This document shows positions 49,669 to 62,200 of a stretch of 64,000 nt of DNA, one piece after another. The notes below the pieces were generated by a model. It was not told where the DNA came from, made no database searches, and was given only the letters and a program-made list of their open reading frames with translations. Location: the NCBI GenBank assembly GCA_002269645.1, contig NIVC01000107.1, forward strand, positions 1-64,000, read 5' to 3'. Both the position numbers and the translations under genes were made by a program. This DNA comes from Macrostomum lignano (Eukaryota). Within the stretch, counting starts at the first letter, position 1. Every line of letters starts with the position of its first letter.

Positions 49669-50559
49669 CATGCTGCCCGGGCGAGGCCCGCTCTCCCGTG
49701 GTGCAATCTGCTCCACAGTCTAATCTGGCCAAGTCGAAAATCTCCGAGCCAAAGTCCCGAGCCGGTCCGATCAATCACAGAGCCGGCCTTGCCCCCCCGC
49801 TCTCCCGCCGACTTGGAAACTGCCAGCCTGGAAGCCCCGGCCACTTTGTCAATATTATAACTCGCTAGGGAATTCAATGGCTTGATCGGCATGGGGGAGG
49901 TGAAATTTCCATTTGAATAGTTGGCTAGGAATCGCAAAGATCCCCAAAAGAACTGGAAGTTGGGGATTTCTGAAGCTTTGAGCCGACTGCTGCCCGACCC
50001 TTTCTATATTGAATAATAGAAATTACTCTAATATATAGCCAATGCTCAGATCGGAGATGATTTCTATCTAAATGGAGCTCCTCCTTAACAGTTGACCTTT
50101 CTTCCTCTTCTTCTTCTATAAGCTAATCTGCGCTAATGCGATTAAGAGTCTGGCTTGGGAGCAGGCAGGAGAGAAGCGAAATCTCAGTCTCAAAAGTCTA
50201 CGGGAGGGGGCGCCACCTGTTGATCGGGCCAAAACGCGGGATCGAGTACTGATAGTTCCCATTAATAGCAATCGCACAGGCAGTTCAGAAGGCCTGCATG
50301 TCACGCGTCGCTTTTCTGTATGCGAAAAAAAATTGTTTTCTATGAAAATCAGGAGCGCGTTTTTGTGGTTTTTATATTTGTGTATGCTTTAAGTTAGTGC
50401 CCCTGCCCAGTCCGAAAATTAATCTCTCCATATCTTCTCTGCCCTGGCAGTCTCTGATTCTCTAAGCTCTCCTATTCCTTCTACGAGGATCTTCTGCTCG
50501 ACTACAAACCATGCAGATTTTGTATGTTTAGTTAGGTTTTGGAGTGCTAAAAGTATAGA

Positions 50560-51270
50560 TGATACTGTAGTTCTACTGGTAATGCTACTGTAGTTCTACT
50601 GGTAATGCTACTGTAGTTCTACTGGTAATGCTGCCGTATTTCTACTGGTAATGCTACTATAGTTCTACTGGTAATGCTACTGTAGTTCTACTGGTAATGC
50701 TACTGTAGTTCTACTGGTAATGCTACTGCAGTTCTACTGGTAATGCTACTGCAGTTCTACTGGTAATGCTACTGCAGTTCTACCGGTAATGGTACTGCAA
50801 TTCTACCGGTAATGATACTGCAGTTCTACTGGTAATGCTACTGCAGTTCTACTGGTAATGCTACTGCAGTTCTACTGGTAATGCTACTGCAGTTCTACTG
50901 GTAATGCTACTGCAGTTCTACCGGTAATGGTACTGCAGTTCTACCGGTAATGATACTGCAGTTCTACCGGTAATGGTACTGCAGTTCTACCGGTAATGAT
51001 ACTGCAGTTCTACCGGTAATGATACTGCAGTTCTACCGGTAATGCTACTGCAGTTCTACCGGTAATGATACTGCAGTTCTACCGGTAATGCTACTGCAGT
51101 TCTACTGATAATGCTACTGCAGTTCTACCGGTAATGCTACTGCAGTTCTACCGGTAATGATACTGCAGTTCTACTGGTAATGCTACTGTAGTTCTACCAA
51201 TCCTACTTTAGTTCTACCATTGCTATACTGTAGTTCTACCGGCAATGCTACTGTAGTTCTACCGGTAGTT
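50560..51270. repeat. 23-bp minisatellite (GTTCTACTGGTAATGCTACTGCA)
   Basis: About 30 copies with a gradient of variants. Confidence 0.95.
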
Positions 51271-51884
51271 CTACTAAGTTCCACTTAGTTCAAATTCAAA
51301 TTCGATTAACTTGATAGTAAAAGTACTAGGCGCAATGTATTACTCGTTGTCCTTGTTCAACTTCCAGATTATTTTATCCAGAAATCCATGGCCTTGTGGA
51401 GTGTAGCGGATTGAATAAATGATCGCAGACACACGGGGGCAGACACGCTGGCAACACACAGTATTCGCATTATAATGAGAATTGGTTACCCCCCCCCCGA
51501 ATGCAATAGAGACAGTGGAGGGGATGAGGGAGGCAGCTGCGGAGGCGGGCATGCTGCAGACTTCGAATTATCGATGGCACAAGGGGCCTCGCTTGTTGTC
51601 GGTGAGGACGGCAGTGAGACAAACTTTGCACTCGAGCTCGGAACACAAGCAACTACCAAGGGGAAATATATGCAGCTGAGTCGGGATGGAGGCTGGCCTG
51701 CTCTGCTGATTGCTCCTCTCTGCTCAGCTGCTCTGGGATCTGAGCACGGCAGAATTTTAGTTCCCGGATTGCGGATTTCGGGGGGGGGGAGGACAACAGC
51801 GGATTGCAAATTTGGAGGATGGTCGAATTCAAGGAATTTGAAATTTGGAATCGTTAAAATGGGGAAGTCAAGAGGAGAAATTGC

Positions 51885-52350
51885 GTGGCATGTGGAATTT
51901 CAGGGATGGGGATATTCAGGGATGGGGAATTTCAGGGATGGGGATATTCAGGGATGGGGAATTTCAGGGATGGGGATATTCAGGGATGGGGAATTTCAGG
52001 GATGGGGAATTTCAGGGATGGGGAATTTTAGGGATGGGGATATTCAGGGATGGGGAATTTCACGGATGGGGAATTTCAGGGATGGGGAATTTCAGGGATG
52101 GGGAATTTCACAGATAGGGAATTTCAGGGATGGGGGGAATTTGAAGTATGGGGAATTTCAAGGCGGGAGTTTTTTAAATGGGAGATGGTAATAATGGGGA
52201 ATCTAGAGCCTGGAGAATTTCATGGGTAGGGAATTTTTGTATAATTATAATTTACTAATGAGGAATTTCATGGAGTGGTATTTTAAGAATAGAGAATTTT
52301 AAGGATAAGGAAATTTCCCGGATGAGGAATTCCTGGGATGGGAATTCGAG
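51885..52350. repeat. 15-bp satellite (GGGAATTTCAGGGAT), decaying rightward
   Basis: Direct reading. Confidence 0.88.
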
Positions 52351-52974
52351 TATTGCGTATTTTTGGGATTTCAGTTGAAATTTGAGTACGAAAACTTGCA
52401 AAAAATAATGCTCGAAAATACCTGAATAATTTCGCATTCATTTGTGCGACTCTGTTTGGCTGACAGAAACTGCATGTTGGCCTCGTTTGCACCTGTTCTA
52501 GCTTGAAATCCCCCCAGCCTTAGTTTTCTGTCATTCGCCTAATCACCTCTGCCCATCAACCGCCTATTCTGTTTTATCCTCTCCTCCAAAATCCCCCAAA
52601 GTCGTTAATCCTTTTATCCTCAGCCTCATCACGCCCGACGGGCTCCCAGGCAGCTGGATAAATCCGCCACTCGGGCTGCTCAAAAGCTGAACTCGCGGGC
52701 GCTTCTGACTGGGATTTGACAGCGGCTGCTCGAGCCCCAGTCACTATGGCGAGGAGGGGGTTGCTGCCGACAGCTTAGCGACTCCGAGTTTCCACTCGGA
52801 TGAACTCGTCACCTGCCAGCGGTGCGTGGCTGCGGGCTTGAGCTGCCTGTCTTCATTCTCGGGCACTGCGCTGAGATAAATTCACCTCAGTCAGGTTGTG
52901 GGCCCTCTGGTGCGACGTTTTTGACGATATGGTCTCGTCAACCACTGGGCGAGGCAATTCTGCGCTCATTCCGC

Positions 52975-53075
52975 TGACTCCTGAACACGTACAAACGCTC
53001 ACTCAGGGTGTACAGCGGCCCTGACTTTCTAATCGTTAGGCATGTACAGTCTCTGTGCCTTGGGGTTGGCCTTCA
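52975..53075. repeat. Dispersed repeat, second copy at ~63635-63740
   Basis: GGTGTACAGCGGCCCTGACT(T/G)TCTAATCG..AGGCATGTACA.TCTCTGTGCCTTGGGG occurs in both places in the same orientation. Confidence 0.8.
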
Positions 53076-53094
53076 TGACTGTGAATCACACGAG

Positions 53095-53880
53095 TGGATT
53101 AGCAGTCCATTCTGTACTTTTATCTATGATAGACTAGATTAGCAATCCATTCTGTACTATTATCTATGCTAGACTAGATTAGCAATCCATTCTATTCTTT
53201 CATCCGTGATATTGGCTAGATTAGCAATCCATTCTGTACTTTTATCTATGCTAGACTAGATTAGCAATCCATTCTGTACTATTATCTATGCTAGACTAGA
53301 TTAGCAATCCATTCTATTATTTCATCCGTGATTTTGGCTAGATTAGCAATCCTTCTGTACTTTTATCTATGTTAGACTAGATTAGCAATCCATTCTGTAC
53401 TATTATCTATGATAGACTAGATTAGCAATCCATCCTGTACTTTTATCTATGTTAGACTAGATTAGCAATCCATTCTGTACTATTATCTATGATAGACTAG
53501 ACTAGCAATCCATTCTGTACTATTATCTATGATAGACTAGACTAGCAATCCATTCTGTACTATTATCTATGATAGACTAGATTAGCAATCCATTCTATTC
53601 TTTCATCCGTGATATTGGCTAGATTAGCAATCCATTCTGTACTATTATCTATGCTAGACTAGATTAGCAATCCATTCTGTACTATTATCTATGATAGACT
53701 AGATTAGCAATCCATTCTGTACTATTATCTATGCTAGACTAGATTAGCAATCCATTCTGGCTAGATTATTGGCTAGATTAGCAATCCATTCTATTCCTTC
53801 ATCCATGATGTTGGCTAGATTAGCAATCCATTCTATTCCTTCATCCATGATGTTGGCTAGATTAGCAATCCATTTTAATT
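53095..53880. repeat. ~40-bp minisatellite (CTAGATTAGCAATCCATTCTGTACTATTATCTATGATAGA and variant)
   Basis: Direct reading, about 19 copies. Confidence 0.93.
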
Positions 53881-54319
53881 TTATCTCACCAAAAGACAAA
53901 GTCGAAGGCTTAAACTATTCTTTTTTTGGAAACGAGCTCAAGCAATAAAGGTTATATTTATTCGCACAATATTGCAAGAAGGCTTAAAACTGCAAGCAGA
54001 TACCAGATTAGAAATAATTAAATCAAATAAAAAAGCAATTTACTAGCTTGCTTGCGAACGCTATTTAAAGAATTTTTAGCAAATTTTTACAAGGCATCAG
54101 AGCGAACAGACATTGGCAGACAGAATATCTCAAACAGGTGCTTTTCGAATCAAACGAAGGTCACATTTCTGGTGTCGTAGGTGGGATCGACGTCTTCTTG
54201 GTCACTGGTCACGCCTGCTGCGGCCGCTGCCTCAGCATTGCCCGTCTCCGGCTGGGGCGCTCTGGAATTATCCGGTTTCAAACAGGCCTGGCTCATTAAA
54301 TGTTATACCTCACATCCAG

Positions 54320-55220
54320 CCTCCTCACACCCAGCCACCTCACCCTCAGCCTCCTCACACCCCAGCCACCTCACACCCAGCCTCCTCACCCCCAGCCACG
54401 TCACTCCCCAGCCACCTCACTCCCCAGCCACTTCACTCCCCAGCCACCTCACTCCCCAGCCACCTCACTTCCCAGCCACCTCACTCCCCAGCCATCTCAC
54501 TCCCCAGCCACCTCACTCCCAGCCACCTCACTCCTCAGCCACCTCACTCCCCAGCCACCTCACTCCCCAGCCACCTCACTTCCCAGCCACCTCACTCCCC
54601 ATCCACCTCACTTCCAAGCCACCTCACTCCCCAGCCACCTCACTCCCCAGCCACCTCACTCCCCAGCCACCTCACTTCCCAGCCACCTCACTCCCCAGCC
54701 ATCTCACTCCCCAGCCACCTCACTCCCAGCCACCTCACTCCTCAGCCACCTCACTCCCCATCCACCTCACTTCCAAGCCACCTCACTCCCCAGCCACCTC
54801 ACTCCCCAGCCACCTCACTCCCCAGCCACCTCACTTCCCAGCCACCTCACTCCCCAGCCATCTCACTCCCCAGCCACCTCACTCCCAGCCACCTCACTCC
54901 TCAGCCACCTCACTCCCCATCCACCTCACTTCCAAGCCACCTCACTCCCCAGCCACCTCACTCCCCAGCCACCTCACTCCCCATCCACCTCACTTCCAAG
55001 CCACCTCACTCCCCAGCCACCTCACTCCCCAGCCACCTCACTCCCCAGCCACCTCACTTCCCAGCCACCTCACTTCCCAGCCACCTCACTCCCCAGCCAC
55101 CTCACTCCCCAGCCACCTCACTTCCCAGCCACCTCACTTCCCAGCCACCTCACCCCCAGCCACCTCACTCCCCAGCCACCTCACTCCCCAGCCACCTCAC
55201 CCCCCAGCCATCTCACTCAG
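54320..55220. repeat. 16-bp satellite (CCCCAGCCACCTCACT)
   Basis: Direct reading. The 16-aa periodicity in three frames is the repeat itself. Confidence 0.95.
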
Positions 55221-55728
55221 TTAACTAAGCAGGCAACGATTAAAACTTAATTCTAAAACTTCTCTCTCATAATCAGCTGCCATATTAACTGCACTAAGAC
55301 CCAATAAGTCTCATTTATTGGCTGTCTCGAAGTGAATTCAAGCAACAAGACCGGCCTCACTAAATACGAACCCGAGAGCCAATTTCGCTATGCAAATACA
55401 CCCGGCATTGGGCAGCTGGACAACAGCTAGAAGTTGAGACGGCAAGCTCCAGGGGGGGGGCTTATTTATCTATTCATCCTGTCTGAGCACTCTCTATCGG
55501 TCATTACTTCCCCGAGCCAGCGCGAATTAAATCTGAGCAAACAGTACTTGAGAATATTGTTTGAACGCTAGAGGCCATCAGGCCAAGCCTGAAGTGCTTG
55601 TTTAGCGGAAGGTGAGTCATTAAATAATAAGTGAGCGAACAGACTTGAGAAAAGTCTTTGCAATTTGCCCCGAAGTTTCTTGGCAGTAGAATTCCCAATA
55701 GGGATTCTGCAAAGTTGTACAGCATGAG

Positions 55729-56179
55729 CTAGATGTTGAGGTACCTGGTAAATTTTCATTTCAACACGATGTCACGAAGGTCTGTGAAGTTTACGATGGC
55801 TGAGATAATAGAGTAAACATTTGCAAATAAAGTTTAAAATTTTAATTCTGAGTTTGTCTAGTTTTGAATTGCAACTGGATTTTAAAAACCGCTCGATACT
55901 ACTTAACCTATCAAACAGTAGAGTAGGCAGCAAAAAATACCGTATTTGTAACTTATTCACCTTTCGATTGTAGTCAGCAGGTCCGGCTGGTCCTGCCGCC
56001 AAGCGCCGCCGTAGCCGTAGGCAGTGGACGCGGCCAAGGAGTCTGCGGGCTCGTACAGCCCGGTGGTGCCGTAGCTGTACCCGGACTCCGTGGGCGGCGC
56101 TGGCGGCAGTCGTCGATTGCTGTGATTGGGCAGCGCCGGATGATGAGAAGCTGCCAGCGCCACTGACACTGCCGGCGCA

Positions 56180-56224
<45 letters not shown>

Positions 56225-59200
56225 AGAAGCGGCTCGTCGATGCTCTCGTAGGTCATGTCGGTGGGAGCACCGGCGACTGAGCGCGGCGGCCTGCAGTGTC
56301 GCACGGGCCGTCGGGGTGGCGGCTGGACTGACGGATCTGCGGGGAAGGGGAAGGGATCGTGCTGAAGTCCATCCCGATGCTGCAGTCCCCTATGCTGCAG
56401 TCCCCGATGCCCCAGTCCCCGATGCCCCAGTCCTCGATGCCCCAGTCCCCGATGCTGCAGTCCCCGATGCCCCAGTCCGCGATGCCCCAGTCCCCGATGC
56501 TGCAGTCCCCGATGCCCCAGTCCCCGATGCCTCAGTCCCCGATGCCCCAGTCCGCGATGCCCCAGTCCCCGATGCCCCAGTTCCCGATGCCCCAGTTCCC
56601 GATGCCTCAGTCCCCGATGCCCCAGTCCCCGATGCTGCAGTCCCCGATGCCCCAGTCCCCGATGCCCCAGTCCCCGATGCCCCAGTCCCCGATGCTGCAG
56701 TCCCCGATGCCCCAGTCCGCGATGCCCCAGTCCGCGATGCTGCAGTCCCCGATGCCCCAGTCCCCGATGCCCCAGTCCCCGATGCCCCAGTCCCCGATGC
56801 TGCAGTCCCCGATGCCCCAGTCCCCGATGCCCCAGTCCTCGATGCCCCAGTCCCCGATGCCCCAGTCCCCGATGCCCCAGTCCCCGATGCCCCAGTCCCC
56901 GATGCCCCAGTCCCCGATGCCCCAGTCCACGATGCTGCAGTCCCCGATGCCCCAGTCCCCGATGCCCCAGTCCCCGATGCTGCAGTCCCCGATGCCCCAG
57001 TCCCCGATGCCCCAGTCCCCGATGCTGCAGTCCCCGATGCCCCAGTCCCCGATGCCCCAGTCCCCGATGCCCCAGTCCCCGATGCCCCAGTCCCCGATGC
57101 CCCAGTCCCCGATGCCCCAGTCCCTCCTCACCAGTCGGTGTTCGCAGCATTTCGCAGGCGGCCCGCCGTTTCTCATTTGGATCCGGAGGCCGGCTGGTGA
57201 AGCGCCGGATGCCGGGGTCGGTGGCGCCGCTGTCGCCAGAATCCTCCTCCTCCTCCTCTTCGTAGCTCTCAGTCGGCGGCAGCGCCCGCAGCTGCTGCGC
57301 CCGGTGGTAGGCCTCGGAGAGCTCGTCGTGGTTGCTGCTCAGGGTGGTGGCTGAAGACACGCGGCTGACTCGCATGAGGTGCAGCGCGGCGGCGGCGCCT
57401 GGCGAGGCGGACAGCTGGCGCTGCTGCAACCGTCGAGACGCTCCGTTCTCGTAGGCCGCCCGTCTGACCCTCGCAGCAGCTGCTGACAACTGCGGTGGCT
57501 GCTGTTGAGAGCGACGCCGGCCGCCTGCGGTGCTGCTTCCGCCTTTGTCAGCGTCGAACGTGGCGTAGGCGCGGATGTTGCCACGGGAGTCAACGGATTC
57601 GCGGTCGTCTTCGTACTCGTACGGCACGGACGGCGCCAGGCTGGGCTGGGGCGCTGGCGCTGCGCCTAGCGCTGGCGTGGGCGCTTTTGCAGGTGCCAAA
57701 GCTGGAGCCGCTTGCTGTTGTTGCTGCTGCTGCTGCGTCTGCTGCTGCATCATCGAGGGAGTTGGAGGCGGCTGAGGCCGCTGCTGACGCCCGCCGGCAC
57801 GTTGAACAGCTGGCAGACAAGCCGGCTGGCCCGACTTGACGTTTCTGGCGGCGCCGCCGCTCCCGCCGCTGACTGCGCCACCAGCCCTGCCTGTTGGGCT
57901 TCCACTGCTGGGTCGCCGCTGCTGCCGGCGGCAGAGCAACGCGGCGGTGAGCGCCATCAGTCCGAGCAGCAGCAGCATCGCCAGGGCCGACACCAGCGCC
58001 ACCTGCTGCCACCAGTTCGGCCAGGCCGCTGGTTGGCGCTCCGAAGCGCCAGGTTGGCCGTCCGGCAGGTGCACAGGCGACACCGGAGTCCGCCCACTGA
58101 GCAGCGGCTCCCCGCTGGCCCCAGACAGAGCAGAGCCACCGCTGCCACCGCCGGCTCCGTTGATCACTTCAGCTGCAGAGGACGCAACCGCTGCGTCCAC
58201 TTCGATGACTCCATCAAGAGGAAGCTGGCCGGCGGCATTCTCAGCGACCACCGAGTAGCGAATGAGCTGCTGCCGGCCCCTCCGCTGGCCAGGCCGCACA
58301 GTCAGCCTCAGACTGTGGCAGCAGCCACCGACCAGCTGTCGGGGCGTCAGCTCGACATCGGCCGGTTCAAAGTCGTCGCTGTGCACTCGGAGCCGGTAGA
58401 GCGCGGGCGGGCAGTTGTTGCCGGGGAGAACGCTGGACAAGTTGAACTCCAGAGAGCGGCCGCGCCGGCCGAGCCGCGCTAGCGGTGGCGCTGTTGGCGC
58501 CCTCGCCCAGTCGGCTTGCTCGGAGCAGAGCCGGGGACGCGCTGTCGAAGCTTCTGGCTGAATTCGCTTTTCAATCCGCCGACGTTCACGGCGCGCAGTC
58601 GGAATTCGACCTCGGTGCCGCAGGGCAGCGGGTCCAGGGCGAAGGAGCGATTCGAGGCCGGGAGGACCCGCACGGACTCCGGGCTGCCGCCGCCGAGGGC
58701 TTTCGAGTGCAGCTCGAACTCGCGAAGTCGCGAGCGGTTGCTGACGCTCGTGAAGTTGCTGCCTGCGCCGCCGCTGATGAGCCAATGGCTGTCCAAGCCG
58801 ATGCCGCGGGGCCGCCATAGCACCTCCAGGGAGCTGGCGGTGCGCTGACCTGGCAGAAGCTCGGGCGGTGGCGGAGTGGCTAAAGAATCGGACGCATGGA
58901 TTTTCTGTGGCGATTCACTACCAGAATACCTCACAATGTACTTCATGTGGAAACAAAAACCGCGAATATTCGAGAAGACCCACAGCCAAGAACAGATGAC
59001 ATGAGATGAGAAGAGATGAGACACAAGTAAGATCAGATAAGACACAACCAAGATCAGATGAGACACAACTAAGATCAGATGAGACACAACCAAGATCAGA
59101 TGAGACACAGCCAAGATCAGATGAGACACAACCAAGAACAGATGAGACACAACCAAGATCAGATGAGACGCAGCCAAGAACAGATGAGACACAACCAAGA

Positions 59201-62200
59201 TCAGATGAGACGCAACCAAGATCAGATGAGACACAACCAAGATCAGATGAGACACAACCAAGATCAGATGAGACACAACCAAGATCAGATGAGACACAAC
59301 CAAGATCAGATGAGACGCAGCCAAGATCAGATGAGACACAACCAAGATCAGATGAGACGCAACCAAGATCAGATGAGACGCAACCAAGATCAGATGAGAC
59401 ACAACCAAGAGTGGAAGAGCAGTCACAAAAATAGATGGGAAACAGATGGGAGACGCATGGGAGATGCACTGCTGACGGAGGGGGATATCAATTAAATTCT
59501 GTTTTAAAAACTCACGATTGGTGTGCAGATCAAGCAGCTCAACCGTGTACTCCACCTTTTCCGGCCCGCCCGGAATGCCGCAGGTGTGAAAGCCGCCCAT
59601 TAGCACCTTGCGGATCAGAGCCGAGCCATTTTGAAGTTTCACAGTCGGCGACTTGCTGCGTAAAAAACAATATTTGGCGTTTCTTTGAGTTTTAGAAACT
59701 AAACACTAAGATTTGAAGCACAGTAACTCACTCTAACACAGGGTGAGTCCATTGCAGTCGGTCTCTGTCCCGACCTACAGCGTAGCAATCAAGCATCAAG
59801 CTGGACCCGTTTGGCACTTTGAAGTGATGCGAGTAGGACACTATCGACAGTTGGGCTGAAGGCGAAGGACAAGGGTAGCTTACTAGTTGAGTAACGAAAG
59901 GTTCATGATTGAGACACATCAGACATGCATCAGCCATCAGCTGCAGACACATCAGACATGCATCAGCCATCAGCCACAGACACATCAGACATGCATCAGC
60001 CATCTGCTGCAGACACATCAGACATGCATAAGCCATCAGCTGCAGACACATCAGACATGCATCAGCACGTCACATCGTACACGTCACTCACTCGGCCAGA
60101 ACCTTCAAAGTCAAGCAACTCTCCATTGTACTTCAGTAAAACTCACGAGTCTCAACAGCGACGAAACGGACATCTGGCGAGCAGTCGCCTTCGCCGATGG
60201 ATTCGACAATGGCGCTGACACAGAAGCTGTACTGACTGCCGGGCCTGAGGCCTTCAATCCGTCGGTGCTCGTAGTGCGACCAAGCAGTGGCCGGATGGTC
60301 AACGTACACCGAGGAGCTGGAGGCGCCATTGCAGCCGCTGAAGCAGGTGTACTTCAAGCGGTAGCCAATCAGCCGACCGTTGGCCCGCTGCGGTGGACAG
60401 ACGCGCCAGGCAGCCACAGCCACGCGACCGTTGTCGGCCGCGACCACGCGGAGACCTTCGGGCGGCGACGGACGAGCCGGATCGGTGCGACACACGGCCG
60501 GCGGGTGAGAGCGCGGCGAGCGGCCTTTGGCGTTGGATGCGGTCACGGCGAAGCTGTAGCTGGTGTAGGCTTGCAGGCCATCGGTTTGGCGGCCAAGTTC
60601 CATCTGCAGCCGCCGTTGCTCTCGATCGGGATGAAGGCCCCGCAGGACGGAAATTTCAATCAAGCGGGACTCGTCTAGTGGTTTGGCGATGGTAAACTGA
60701 GTTCTAGTTTTGAGCACGGAGGAAAAAAGACAAAAATATTTTGGAGAAAATATTGGCAGCCTCACTTTCTACGGCGGCGTCCTCAGCTGGCATGAACAGC
60801 ACCTGGTACTCGAATTCGCCGTCGTTCGTACCCGGCTTGGCGGGAGGAGGCAGCCAGGTGACCAGCAGCCGGCCGTCCGGGGAGCTTTCACAGCTGACGC
60901 TGGCCGGCGGAGAGCTTGGAGCTGGAAAAAGTGAGTTTAGGAGGCTAGGATTAGGGCAGGGGTCGGCAAACGTTTTACCTCAAGGGCCAGATAGAGAAGA
61001 TAGCACATGACTGCGGGCCAGAGGAAAGGAGAGTGGAGAGGGAATAGAGAAGAGAAATGGAGGAAGGAGAGGCGAAGAAATAAAGGAGAGGAGAGGAGAG
61101 GAGAGGAGAGGAGAGGAGAGGAGAGGAGAGGAGAGGAGAGGAGAGGAGAGAGGAGAGGAAAGGAGAGGAGAGGAGAGGAGAGGAGAGGAGAGGAGAGGAG
61201 AGAGAGGAAAGGAGAGGAGAGGAGAGGAGAGGAGAGGAGAGGAGAGGAGAGGAGAGGAGAGGAGAGGAGAGGAGAGGAGAGGAGAGGAGAGGAGAGGAGA
61301 GGAGAGGGAGAGAGAGAGGTGAGGAGAGGAGAGGAGAGGAGAGGAGAGGAGAGGAGAGGAGAGGAGAGGAGAGGAGAGAAGAGGAGAGGAGAGGAGAGGA
61401 GAGGAGAGGAGAGGAGAGGAGAGAGAGGAGAGGAGAGGAGAGGAGAGGAGAGGAGAGGAGAGGAGAGGAGAGGAGAGAGAGGAGAGGAGAGGAGAGGAGA
61501 GGAGAGGAGAGGAGAGGAGAGGAGAGGAGAGGAGAGGAGAGGAGAGGAGAGGAGAGGAGAGGAGAGGAGCGGAGAGGAGAGGAGAGGAGAGGAGAGGAGA
61601 GGAGAGGAGAGGAGAGGAGAGGAGAGGAGAGGAGAGGAGAGGAGATGAGAGGAGAGGAGAGGAGAGGAGAGGAGAGGAGAGGAGAGGAGAGGAGAGGAGA
61701 GGAGAGGAGAGGAGAGGAGAGGAGAGGAGATGAGATGAGAGGAGATGAGAGGAGAGGAGAGGAGAGGAGAGGAGAGGAGAGGAGAGGAGAGGAGATGAGA
61801 GGAGATGAGAGGAGAGGAGAGGAGATGAGAGGAGATGAGAGGAGAGGAGAGGAGAGGAGAGGAGGGGAGAGGAGAGAGGAGAGGAGATGAGAAGACCTTT
61901 AGGTGGCCGGATTGCTATTGCGAATTTTCAAGGACCCGAGGGCCGGATAAAGAGGCTTTGCTGACCGCAAGTGGCCCGCCGGACAGAGTTTGCCGGCCGA
62001 TGGATTAGGATTAGGTTAAAGACATGCACACTATCTCTTTAGTGTGTCTATCTCATGCCCCGCCGCGCTTGAAAATCAGTCGCCGAACTCTCACTCGTCT
62101 CAGGGGTGCGCGCCACTGCGCAGACCGGCGGCCCCGCGCCTGCGGAGTTGAGCGGCGCAAGTCGGACCTGGTAGACGGTGCCCGCCTGCAGCGCCGTGGC

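Noticed and set aside
58480-58520. Programmed ribosomal frameshifting in DSCAM, TDRD3 or LSM12
   Set aside because: No X XXY YYZ slippery heptamer was seen at the sites. Single-base deletions from sequencing error or decay are simpler.
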